A stretch of DNA of 63,401 nt, counting the filler, from Conidiobolus incongruus B7586 (lineage: Eukaryota), in NCBI GenBank assembly GCA_000697335.1. It is 11 parts of 11 records of this genome, joined end to end, with 100 filler letters (N's around TTAATTAATTAA, not from the genome) between each part and the next. Parts side by side here need not be neighbours in the genome. Positions count along the whole stretch, not along the records: positions 15,647 to 38,219 come from JNEM01006081.1; positions 38,320 to 42,088 come from JNEM01006082.1; 9 more parts are not named here. The stretch is one strand, 5' to 3'. Under the pieces are notes generated by a model. That model had not been told where the DNA came from. It did no database searches and saw nothing but the letters and a program-made list of their open reading frames with translations. Numbering within the stretch: the first letter of the stretch is position 1; each line of letters opens with the position of its first letter. This document shows, one piece after another, positions 28,212 to 40,766 of the stretch. A program made the translations under genes and the position numbers.

Positions 28212-28317
28212 TTTGTTAATTGACTGAATCAAATGATAAATGATAATGATGTTGAAAGAATATATTTATACGAGTTCATTAAATAAATTTTAAAAGGACT
28301 GAGGATTCATTGATAAC

Positions 28318-28797
28318 ATGTTATTACAAATTTTCATACTCCTCTAATATCAACCAGTTTCCTCGGACTTGGACACAAATTCCTTTAGAATATGCAGAAA
28401 ATACATAATCCTCCTAATCATTAAGCTAGGGCGCACGACTAGGTTTCCGCACTAGTAACATCAAGCATAAAAGCTGATGTTGCTATAAAAAACATAAAAG
28501 ATGATACCTTTCTACTTACTATTACCTACTACTAATCTCTAATAAACCATCCATACACTGATCCCCTCAAAAATGATACATAACTTAGCATTAATATCAA
28601 TTCATCAAAAACTGTTCGAACCAACCCTCAAGCGACTAGTTGATACCCAAATTGCCGAGTACTCACCCCTCGTTGTCAGCAACTTACTTCAGATAATTAT
28701 GGCTCGAATTCTTTAACAGGTCACCAATGCTCTGTTCCCGGATCTGCTAAATGCAACACAAATGATTATAGAAGAACAAATTCATCGATAATTTGAA
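28318..28797 (+). pseudogene. Degenerate secreted Cys-containing protein-like remnant
   Basis: Signal-like start MLLQIFILL followed by a stop. Later frame reads NCRVLTPRCQQ...HQCSVPGSAKCN; multiple stops. Confidence 0.25.
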
Positions 28798-28852
28798 AAA
28801 TTAATTAATAATTAGTGATTGACTAACATAAGTTTAATGTGATTTTAGGATT

Positions 28853-31772
28853 TTATTTGTTTAAATCATTTTTGCCTTTAGATGGATCATTATGTTTAAT
28901 ATAAGGGACATTAAGAGGGTTTGATGGGACCATGTCATCATGATTTGGCATATTTTTAACGTAGGGTACATCTAGAGGATTGCTTGGGGTCATATCACAG
29001 TCCATACCAAAATCAGTGTGGTTGCCATATGAAAATGATTCATTCTTGATGAATTTACTCTGGGGCTGTTGAACAGTTTGTGGTGGTTCTATGCTCTCAG
29101 TGTCTTCCAAGTCTTCATGACCCAGTAGGGTGGGATTTTGCTGGCAGAATTCTTTAAAATCGGATTCCATATTGGTGTAAAATTCATTGATTTTGGATTG
29201 ATGATTGGTTAAAATGGTATTGAGCTGAGTGTGGAATTTTTCCCCTTGAGTTAAATGATTCATGCAGTATTTGAATTCCTCGAATGCCGTTTTCAATTCT
29301 TCAATACGTAGCTCAGTCGATCCAACTGATTGTGATACTGGAGAGTTGTGAGGTGATCCAATATTATTTTGCAACAAAAAGTGTTTCATCTGTTGCTCCT
29401 CTTCAATCACAAGACGAATGAAAGTGTCATACTTTCTGAGTTGATTCTGAAATAGAGGTTCAAATTGAGCTAATTCAATCAGATCGGGATTCACACTAGG
29501 GTGGTTTTCCATAAGAGATTCAAATCGTTCCTTCAAAATAGGTTGAATGTCGTCATTCTGACGTATTTGCTCAATTTCCATCTTCATTTGTTGTCTTTTA
29601 TTGAACTCACTTTGGAAAGCCACTATGTCTTGTTGATTAAGACTAACAGTAGGATGAGCAGATATAGTTGGAGAAGTAGCGAAAACAAACGCCTTAACGT
29701 CATCGGAAGGAGAGTTCAATAAGTTAAACATTCTGTCATTTGAAGTGATCTTCTGTATGAGTTTCTGGTCACTCTCTTGTGAAGTTGCAAATGCTTGAGC
29801 GATTTTGGTATTCTTATCATTGAGTTCATCAGGGGAGTCATAATCCCAAGCACCTAAAAACTCTTCGTATCTTTGATCAATTAATTCCTGAATATGTTTT
29901 AAAGTGCTAGAATTCTATAAAATTATATGTCAAACTAAATTCATCTTGTAAGCTGTACAATATATACCTGATTTAATATATTTGAATTTTGACCAGATAA
30001 ATCCATGATTAATTTCATCTTATCTTTCAAATCTTGCATACCTCCCATATCTTGTACTTCATCCATCATCATTAAAACATCATTTGGCAGTTGAGCATTT
30101 GTGATGGCCGACGGTATTTCAGCCTCTTGACCCATGAGAGATTGATAAATCTTATCAATGGCATTCAGCTTTTGAATCAATTCACGATTCACAAGCTGGT
30201 CTCGTCTTTCTTGATAAATTGATATAGCTTGGACAAGTGAGTAGGGTGGAAGACTTTGAAGTAATGGCGATTTTTCCTCTTTGGCAAGTATTTCCTTAGG
30301 ATTGTCTACCTCCTTGGGTATGTATGGTTTGACCATCGGTGCCATATTGATCTTGGGAACTTGTTTAGGAGTAACATCCAAATAAATTAAACTATTATCC
30401 TTTTCAGCTCTTGTCAAATTGTGATCGATCACTTGTTGTAAAGACTGATAAATTTTCTAGGTTAATAAAATGACTCAAATGATAAAATGGTTATAAATTA
30501 CCTGTAAATCGTCAAGAGCTGCAGGGCTAGCAAAAGGACCGCCAATTTTATTAGCAGCTCTAACTAGATCCTGAGCAATTTTCAATCTAGCAATTTCCAT
30601 ACCGTATTGATTGGTAGCTAAACTATCACAACTCATTCTATATTCCGCAGCCGCTTCGAAGTGTAGTTTTTTGAGTTGAAGATGATTTACAATTGACTAC
30701 ATTGTTAAAAATTATTATATGAAGTTAAGAGGATGATTAGTTACATTACTTCATTAAATAAATCTGACACAGATCTATGACAAGCTGAAGTATAAGCTCT
30801 ATCATAATAATCTGAAACTTGTTTGGATAACTTTGCAATGGTAGCATTTTTCATTTGATCTGAATTTCTGATTAATGACCTATTACAATGTAAAGTTGTA
30901 TGATTACCTAATACAGCTTTCTGCCAAAAGCACTCTTGAGCCTGAGCCAGGTTCAAATTAATGAGAAAATCCAAACTGTAGTGAGAGAAATCGGTTGGTA
31001 GATCGGAAGGCTCAGGTAGGTTGGAAGTTAAATTAGGGCGATTTTCTATCATATTTTTCAAATAGTCAAATAAACCAGCAGATAACTAAAATTAGTTAAT
31101 ATTTAATTATATAATGATAATGATATTATTATTACCTGAAAATAGTGACCAGCAGCCTTCAAACCTTGTTCATTGGTCCTATTTTGAAAACAACCAATTT
31201 GACAATAAATAATGCCCATATTAAACAATACACTCATTTTTTCATAATATATGTTGGGTATTGAAACTATATAAGTATTAATAAAAGTTATTACATTTAA
31301 TTATATATATTTTATCTACCCTTCTGTTCATTTGGTAAAAATGCATTACCCCAAGTGAAATCTATCTCAAACTAGTGAAAATAAATAATATTAAATAAAA
31401 TATTTAATAATATGTTAAAATAATTTACAATGGGTAATTTAGACAAACAACATGATAACTGTTTATAGTAACTAAAAGGAATAAAATTAGTCTAATAATT
31501 TTAAACAATATTAAAATTAACAAATACTCTAAACAATCCGTCAAAACATTAATATGAATCCTACCACTCGAAATCTTCGAATGTATCCCCGTAATAAATT
31601 TAAGTCTAAGTCTATCCAACTCTCTCAATTCAAAAGTCAACTCGGTTGGACTGGGGTTCAATTCCAAAGGAAGTTTCTCCAAAATAGGGTGCAACGTATC
31701 GAAAAAGGACGGCGAATTCGGATGTGAACTCAATTTTAGTGGTAGCAGTAATAGATTGGATACTGATGTCAT
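28853..31772 (-). CDS. palA: BRO1-domain pH-response regulator PalA/Rim20 (ALIX family), multi-exon with about 8 short introns
   Basis: Spliced motifs YYKQL, FTWGNAF, YEKMSVLFNMG, GLKAAGHYFQ-LSAGLF, AQAQECFWQKA and AEKDNSLIYL, plus a V-domain-like C-terminal half. Last intron 29967-29915 joins in frame. Confidence 0.88.
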
Positions 31773-33379
31773 ATTTATTCAATCTTGGTGGTATTTAATA
31801 TTTTAGTAATGATTTGGAAATTTATGAAGTCACCTGTTAATTATGTAATTATATAGATTATCAAAAAAATAATTATGGGATAAGGATAATAACTCGATCT
31901 TTAATCCAGAAATTAGAGATGCTGCCAAGGATTCAAAGTGAATATATTGATATCAAAAATAACTTAATAATTCATATCAAGAATCTTGGTATTTAAAATA
32001 ATTTAATTTATTAAGAAATATTATATATTATTTTAAGATATGTATTAAGGATGAAATTATATTTGGTATAATTGAGGTCGGTTATAAAAAAATAAATTAT
32101 GGTAAAATCAGAGTTTTAATCTGAAAATGATGGAGTTCATTTGGTAATATCCTTTTTTACACAATTTCTTTCACATTATTATCAGTATATTTCAAAATTT
32201 CTCTAAGCCTGACTTTGTATTGAATCATTGTATTATTGGAAATATGTCAAAATTGTAGTGATATTTAATTCAAATGAACAAAAAGATACTTGAACAAATC
32301 GTTTATTCAATATAAACTGAATCTTTGTAGTTACAGTTAGATTAAAGTTAAAATTCTTGAAATAATAACTTCAATTTAATTATTAACACTATGAAAATTA
32401 TTCCAATATATATCATACAAAACATGAATTCAAATGTTAAAAAAGATTTCCAAGCTTTAATTTTTAATTATTATTGACAAATTGAAACAAGCATTGAAAA
32501 TTATATTTACATATTTTTGAACTTTAAAGTTAAATGAATTGGATAAAATAAAATGTTTTAATCACAAAAAATTGAATAACATTCAATTCAAATATTGGAA
32601 TTAAGTGATATAATTAATAGATTGATCATGTTTAGAAAAAATATATTATTAATTGTTCAAAAAAAATATAGATTAGAATAAAAGAATTAATATTAAATGA
32701 TAGATTTTTTAATAAACAACAAAGGATTCGATTGATTTCACCATAATTGATCATTTTTAATATTTTATAATTTTCATATGTACTGATAAATAACAAAAGA
32801 TTTTGTGACTGATCACTCTTGATCTTATAATAGATCTTTTTAAAGTACAATACTCTCCCAAATGAAATTAATATAAATATTTAAACGACCAATTCCTAAA
32901 AACTATTGAATAAATCCAAGTTATTTCAAGCTAACTGAAACATAAAATTCAAAGGTATAAATATAATGAAAAACTCTATGATAATAAAAAATTAAAAGTA
33001 TAAAAAAATTACTAAATATTATATTAATCAATTATTTATTAATAGTGTACCGTGTGATCTTTAGAATTATTGAATTTTAAGTTTCGAATCAATATTTTGT
33101 TATTAAATCATATTTTGATGCAATCCGCTGATTTGTAATTGCAGTTGTTTAAAGTGGTATATATTGTAATTAATAAAAATAGTATAAGATTCTGAAAATC
33201 GATCAATGTACAAACTTGATCCTTTATCTAAAATGTTTCATTATATGACTTAATAAATTTGATATCTAATCAAAGAATAACCACTCAGTATCTCTGTAAA
33301 ATTACCACTAAAACCAAATTAATCCCTCAGTAATAAACCTAATAAATTATAAAAGAAATTTATTATTAATTTAATTTTT

Positions 33380-33797
33380 TTACCACTTAAAATTCCAGTT
33401 AGCAAAGTCCAACTTAATACTGTTCAAATACTTGGCAGCTTGAGTTAATTTTGAATTCCAATCCGATTTAGCATCGGGTACGATCACTTGAGTGAAGTGT
33501 TGTTTGCCGTCTTGGGCAGCTTGGAGGATATGAGGCTTATAGGGTACTTCCCTGTATTTGGGTCTCAAATCCTATGAAAAATTAATTAGTATCTACTTAT
33601 CAATAAAATTTTAAGATGTTTACATCGATAATAGCTTGCTCATGCTCCGGCAAGAAAGCGGTCTTCAATTCGTAATCGATGTCGGCCAAATTTTCGCGAT
33701 GAATGTTCAAATCTTTTTCGATATTCCTCCTCAAACTATAAATAAAACCAGAGCTTACAACCACTCCCCCGACTAATCCAACTAAACGTGTAATCAT
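33380..33797 (-). CDS. MICOS subunit Mic12/Aim5-like protein (about 121 aa). Exons 33797-33624 and 33571-33380
   Basis: A 52-nt GT-AG intron joins the two ORFs in frame. N-terminal GLVGGVVVSSGFIY TM segment and KSDWN motif. Confidence 0.7.
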
Positions 33798-34158
33798 TTT
33801 TTACTGATTAATTAATCAATTATTTTTTAAAATATTGATTTTCTGTGATTTTGTTGGGAATGGGTGAGTGATGTTATGTTTTTAGATAGTTGATTAAATG
33901 TTTGATTGATATTATGGGTTTGTGGTATAAGTAGAGAATAGACTTGAAATAATCCCATAATCTTGATTATAATATAATTATCATAAATAAATGAATACTG
34001 ATATTCGGAACATATAAAAATAAAAAATACAATTCAAAGTGTAAACAATATTATTAAAATTAGTTCAATTTAATACGAATCTAAAGTATCAATAATAATC
34101 CAAGGGTCGAATGTCAATATAATTTCTAATCAAATCTTAATTAATTTTCCACTATAAG

Positions 34159-36476
34159 ATGTTATCAAGTCACATATTTCTAAATTTCCGCAAACCTTCA
34201 ATATCATTAAAGAGATTAAATCACTGGAATCACAGATTTTACTCAAGTTTAAAAGATTTTCCAATTGACAAAATTAGAAATTTAGGAATTATTGCTCATA
34301 TTGATGCTGGTAATTTTAATGTTAAATAACAAGTAATATGTGCTAAATCATAATAGGTAAAACTACCACAACAGAAAGATTATTAAATCACTCAGGTTTC
34401 ATTCGTCATGCTGGAAATGTTGACGATGGGGACACTGTGATGGACTACTTACCGCAGGAGCGCGAGAGAGGTATTACTATTCAGTCTGCATGTATCACTT
34501 TCCCCTGGAAAGATCATCGTCTCAATTTGATCGATACGCCGGGCCACGTCGACTTCACTATGGAGGTAGAGCGCAGTATACGTGTTTTAGACGGCGCTGT
34601 CACCATTTTGGATGGTGTAGCGGGTGTTGAAAGTCAGACGGAAACCGTATGGCGTCAGTCCGATCGCTATAAGGTCGCTAAATTGATTTTTGTCAATAAG
34701 TTGGATCGAGTTGGCGCTAATTTTCAGAGAACTGTAGGTCAGGTTAAATCTAAGTTGAATGGTAAACCCATTGTCGTCCAAATCCCTATCTTCAAAACTA
34801 ATCGAGGCGATGATGAGTTTGAATGTATTCTTGATCTTGTCAATGGATTAATATTGGAGTGGAAGGGTGAAGATAAATCCAAGGAATTGATTTCAACCCC
34901 GATTACAGAAAGTTCTGATAAATGGCGTCAATATATTCAAGCTAGAACTCAACTAGTTGAAGAAGTCAGTGAATTGGATGATACCATCTTAGATGCTTAT
35001 TTAGAATCATCTGATCCATTAGCTATTTCTTCTGAATTGTTGATCGCTGCATTGAGAAGAATCACATTATCCAACAAAGGGTCACCAGTGCTTTGTGGAT
35101 CTTCATTAAAGGACATTGGTATTCAACCCCTTTTAGACTCGATTGTCAATTATCTCCCGTCTCCATCCGATTTACCAACCCCAGAAGGTGTCACATCAGA
35201 TGGTAAGACTCATCTAGTTCCCCTTAACACCAAATCACCGGTATGTGCCCTTGCATTCAAAGTTATTTACGACCAACAGAGAGGTCCTCTCACGTTCGTC
35301 AGAGTTTATTCAGGTTCCCTTGAGAAACGTGCCAGTCTTGTCAATCCCAACCAGAATACTAAGGAAAAGGCAAATAAATTGTTGCAGATGTACGCTGACG
35401 AATATGAAGAAATCCCTTCAATTTCCGCTGGTAACATTGGTATCATTTTAGGTCTTAAAGGAACCAAAACTGGTGACACACTCCTCTCGCCACAATTCAA
35501 GCCTAATCCAACTCTCAAGTTGCCTCAGTTAGACATACCATCTCCTGTGTTTTCCATTAGTGTCGAGCCCGAAACTCAGAAAGATGAACCTGAACTCAAC
35601 GAAGCTTTGAATAATTTATTACTCGAAGATCCATCTCTAAAATTACATAGGGACGAAGAAAGTGGTCAACTAATCCTCAGTGGAATGGGCGAGTTACACC
35701 TCGACATTCTTAAACATCGCTTATTAAACGAACTTAAGGTCAATGCTACCACCGGAAATCTCTTTATCTCCTACAGAGAAATTACTACTCAAGAACTTGA
35801 GTATTCTGGTACAATTGAAGACACTTTACTGGGCAAACAAATCAAACTGGGTATGAAGATGACTATCACTCCTTTGGAAGAAGCTCCCGAAGCTGGCGAA
35901 TTCCAATATAATATTTTAAATGTTGATAAGGTTAAAGTAAAAATCCACGGATCTGCCCCTGGTACTGTTTCGCCATATCTTCCTCGCGATGTCCGCACTC
36001 AACTTCAGAACGGTATTGCAGCTGCCATTTCTAGAGGGGGTCGCTGCGGGTTCCCATTGGCACAGCTTCAATTTACAGTGAGTGAAATCACGCTATACCC
36101 AGGACAATCTCCAATCTCCAGTTTAGCCTTGGTATCTAACCGCATCGTTCGCGAGCTCACGAGTACATCCACCCAGCTGCTAGAGCCTGTGATGCATGTC
36201 GAAGTTTGTGTGCCCCAAAAGTACGTCGGCACAGTCAGCAGCGACATTGGCGGCAACTTAAGAGGTAATATCATCTCCCTCGAGAGCGAAGGCGACGCCA
36301 CGTTCGGACGCTCCGTCATCACTGCCACGGTGCCACTATCTAGCATGGTCGGCTACAGCTCGCACCTCCGATCCCAAACTGCAGGCTCAGGTACATTCAG
36401 TATGAGGCAGAGTGGATTTGGCAGAATGTCAGAGAGTCAAATGTCCGCATCGATGCAAGCTATGGGAAGATTTTAA
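34159..36476 (+). CDS. MEF2: Mitochondrial ribosome-releasing factor 2 (EF-G2mt). Exon 1 34159-34309, intron 34310-34356
   Basis: Mitochondrial presequence-like N-terminus; IRNLGIIAHIDAG|KTTTTER, ERERGITIQSACITFPW, DTPGHVDF, NKLD and SGMGELHL. Confidence 0.9.
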
Positions 36477-37160
36477 CATCTTTAATTATTTTTAAAATTT
36501 AAATAATTATATAAATATATATTTAATTATAATGGGTATTGATTGAATTTGAAAACAAACAATCTTATGATTATACCCTATTACTTTAATTTTCTACCAA
36601 CAAAATGGTTTATTTATATTTTATATTTTTATATTTTTTGAGCAAATTATAATATTATTTTAAAAAATCTTTCTATTCTCTATTTTCTGATATAAGATTA
36701 TATATCTAATTTCTTAGACTAATTGCCATATTTTAAAAATTTTAATTATTATTCAAAATAAATTTTTTCAAATTATTTCAATATGTTCATTTTTTAGATA
36801 TTACTTTGGATTTTAAATTATAAGATTTTTTTGAGATTGAATATAAATAATTTTTTTAATATATAATTTATAAAAATAAATATAAAATATATAATTAATA
36901 TTTTTATTATTATTAATAACATTTGCTATATATTTGTTAAGTTTTTAATATTTAAAAAATAATAATATTAAATAAAGATCAATATTTAATATTTTCACAA
37001 ATTAAATTTATTTGCAAAATTTTTTTTATATAAGCTTGTTTTTTGATTATTTAAAACAATTATAATCATATAGGTTATGATCTATTAATTATATTAAATT
37101 AGGTAGTTTTTTTTAATAATTTTCAATTCAAATATTTTTTTCAAATTTAACTTTATATAT

Positions 37161-37495
37161 TGTCACGAGTCAGGTGACTCTCCTCCCACGTAATATGCTT
37201 ACTTCAACTGAATATAAGGGTCATTCCCCCCCTCATGTGACCAACCACTTCAACCCTATCCTTTAATCAGCTAATGATACAACCCTCCAGAAAACTCCAG
37301 AAACCTACTACTCTATGCACTATATATAGAACCCAGAAACAGAGCTATACTACAGAGAAGGAGTTTGATCTGGGTCCTCCCAGCTATTTGGCTTAAATCA
37401 ATAAACCCCCTATCTCCCTAACCTTTACCTGGAAATCCCTAGATCTCTCTCTTTTGCTTATACTATTCCGGACGCGGCTTTCCCAAGACGTGTTA
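37161..37495 (+). mobile_element. Solo LTR of a second retrotransposon family
   Basis: GC island starting TGTCACG and ending CGTGTTA (decayed inverted terminus), flanked by ATAT on both sides. Internal TATA and AATAAA. Confidence 0.55.
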
Positions 37496-37595
37496 ATATT
37501 TTAAAATCATTATATAAAATAAATAGTATTTGTAGATTTTGTTTAAAAAAACTTATATAATAAGATTTTATTTTAAATAAAATATAAAACAAATA

Positions 37596-38219
37596 TATTA
37601 ACTTTCAAAAATAAGTCATAAAATCAAAAATATATTTTTTTTAATTAATAATTAAAATAATTATATATATTAGATTATTTGAAACTACAATATATAATTA
37701 AGGTATATTATTTGATAATAAATAAATATATTTAGATATATTTAATAAATTATTAGCAAAAATATTAATCTTTAATATTTAATTTAAGTAAGTTATAAAT
37801 TTATAGGTTTTTTAAGATAAAAAGTTATATTTAACAATATATAACCTTATCTTTTTTCTTTCTTTATTATTATTTTATATAATATTTTATAGATATATTA
37901 AATTCTTTTTATTCATATTATTATACTTAAATCCCTCTCTAAAAAAATTCATTTATATATTAATTAACTTTATAAAAAAGATAAATCAACTTATGATATT
38001 ATTAGAATTATTAGTGTTACTAGTGTTACTATAATTAAAATTATTAAAAATAACAATAAAAACATATTTAAACTTAAATATATTAAGATTATAAATGATT
38101 ATAATAAAAAATACATTTATAAGTTAATTAATAAAATAAATATAATATTATTATATATATATAACAAGAATTATAAAATTATATAAGAATATTAATTAAT
38201 ATTAACACTATTATATATG
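37596..38219 (+). mobile_element. Degenerate Tc1-like transposon, 5' part, cut by gap
   Basis: TIR-like start; reverse complement of about 55870-56499. Confidence 0.7.
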
Positions 38220-38320
38220 NNNNNNNNNNNNNNNNNNNNNNNNNNNNNNNNNNNNNNNNNNNNTTAATTAATTAANNNNNNNNNNNNNNNNNNNNNNNNN
38301 NNNNNNNNNNNNNNNNNNNG

Positions 38321-38875
38321 GAAACTATTAACAAAATTTCAGAATTATATGACTCTACTAAGAATGATTGTTGGAGATATAATAATTCTACAACTCGTGT
38401 TAAAAATGTATATAAAATCAGGCTTGAGTCTCAACAAAAACCATTTGAAGAGAAGTCAAAGAAAATTGGAGGAGTTCAGGAACTTTGGCATGGAACTAGA
38501 ACTCAAAATATGTTATCAATTATGAGTAAGGGCCTTTTACTACCAAAACTTTCCCCTGGCCAAAAGGCAGGTGCCCGATTCGGTTATGGTATTTATTTTG
38601 CAAATGAATCCAGCAAATCTTTGGGTTATTGTGACTATTTACCCTATAATGAAAATAATACTGAAAATGATACCATTTATATGTTCTTGGCCTCGGTTGC
38701 AATGGGCAATTATTATGTACCAAAACGCGATGTTTGTAAAGATCCTCCTCAAGGCTATGATTCTTACTGGGCTAAAAAAGGTGAAAGTACTGTATGTCAA
38801 GATGAGCTAATAGTGTTCTCTGCGGATCAAGTTCGACTAGATTACATTGTTGAAATTGAAGCTGTTTCAAAATGA
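38321..38875 (+). CDS. PARP-family ADP-ribosyltransferase catalytic domain (5' end lost in gap)
   Basis: The frame is open from the gap edge. H-Y-E triad in LWHGTR, GARFGYGIYFANESSKS and QDELIVF, plus MFLASVAMG and GYDS. Confidence 0.9.
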   Translation, partial: ETINKISELYDSTKNDCWRYNNSTTRVKNVYKIRLESQQKPFEEKSKKIGGVQELWHGTRTQNMLSIMSKGLLLPKLSPGQKAGARFGYGIYFANESSKSLGYCDYLPYNENNTENDTIYMFLASVAMGNYYVPKRDVCKDPPQGYDSYWAKKGESTVCQDELIVFSADQVRLDYIVEIEAVSK

Positions 38876-39339
38876 TTATTAGTTTTCAGTGAATATTACC
38901 TGATTCAATTATACTTTATTTTGATAATAAATTGTTATGTGGTGAAATATTAAGTGATTTATTATTTATTATATTCTCAATATGTGTTTGAATGGTAATT
39001 TTTTAAATCACAATATATAATTTTTTAAATTATGTAAATATAAATATTTAATCCAAATGAAATGATTTATAAATATTGAAAATTTCTCCCTAATATCAAA
39101 TAATATCCCAATAATAAAAATTCAACTGATTTTTTATAATCTGAAGATTATTCATCTAATTACTAATTGCAATATATTCTTTATATAAAAATACCCTGAA
39201 TTTTAATATCATTTGATTGAAAATTAAATATTTATTAAAAAATAATAAGTTATACAATATATGAATAAAATATCATTTGTTATAAAATATATAATAGCTT
39301 AATATATTTGAATAATTAAAAAATAATATGTTTATCTAT

Positions 39340-40624
39340 TACCTTGAATTTGAAATAATAGGAAATTTTTTAATTTCTGATTTTTCAAATATATTATTAG
39401 TTTGGAATAAATAAATATATACAAAGTTAATAGGAAATTATATTTATAATAATTTTTTTGATTCAAAAATTAATTTTTTAAAATTTGTTATTTAATTTAA
39501 TCATACTTAAATCAAATAATAATCATCAAAAGTTTTTTATTTTAGTATTAATAAAACTTAACTATAAATCTTCTAAAATTTTTTAAAATTTACAAGCAGC
39601 TTTTAATAATAAAATATTATCTAAATCATCAATTTATTGCCAGGTAAATTACTTTAAGGCTAAGAAAGAAACTATCTAAAACTTGTAAAAATCTAAAAAA
39701 TTAATTTTAACTGTTATTTTTTTAATTTTTAATAGAATAAAAAAATATATTAAAAAACACCTTTTTATTTTAGTTAAAGAATTATCTAAGCACTTTAATA
39801 TTAGTCTTAGAAGTATTTTATATATTAAAGTTTAAACTCAAATTAATAAATAAAAATATAAAATAGGTACCTTATAATTTAACTAAAGTTTAGAAAAAAG
39901 CTAAAATAGTTATTACTAAACAAAACTTACTAAAATATTACTAGAAGCTTAAATTTTTATAGCAAATAATTACAATTGATGAATCTTAGATTTTTATATA
40001 TAACCCTTTATCAAAACACAAATTAAAATGCTAAATTAAGTTAAATTAACCTTCTCCACAAATCCTTTTAAATAAGCATTTTGTTAATAAGTAAATATTA
40101 ATCATTATAATAGATAATAATAATAGATGCTACTTTAATTTAATTCTTTAATGAAAATCAATTAATAATAAACTTTATATTTTTTTAAATAAAAGTATTT
40201 TTAATTAATATTCTTAATATAATTTGAGAAAACTTATTATTTTACATGATAATTATAAAATATATAAACCTAAAGCTATAAAAAACTATCTAATTAAAAA
40301 TAACTGGAAAAAACTATTATATCTAGTATATTCTTTAGATTATAACCTATGTGATTTTAATTGCTTTAGCTAATTAAAAAACCAACTTGCAAAAAAGAAA
40401 ATTTTTATAAAAAAATTTAATTAGTTTATAAAATATTAAATTTCAGCCTTTAATAAAAAAAACTATTTTTTAAATATTAGATCTTTTCTAAAAGTATAGA
40501 AAAAATTATTAATAATAAAAGAAACTATTATATTTATATTTTTTATTTATTTTTATATATTATATATTAAAATATTTATTTATTTTTAATTATAAAAAAT
40601 CCCTATTATTAAAAATACAAAGTA
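39340..40624 (+). mobile_element. Degenerate mariner (DD34D-type) transposon, about 1.28 kb
   Basis: Imperfect TIRs of about 30 bp with terminal TA. Decayed motifs K*VPYNLT (WVPHEL), IITIDES*, ILHDN and YSLDYNLCDF (YSPDLAPSDF). Confidence 0.8.
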
Positions 40625-40766
40625 AAATTTATAATTAATATTATCTATTTTTTTGAATTTTAACTTTAAGGGAGTAATTTTAATATACTTAATTTTAATA
40701 CAAAAATTATAATATAAAATTAGATAAAATATTGATTAATTATAAAAATATGAATATATTTCATAT

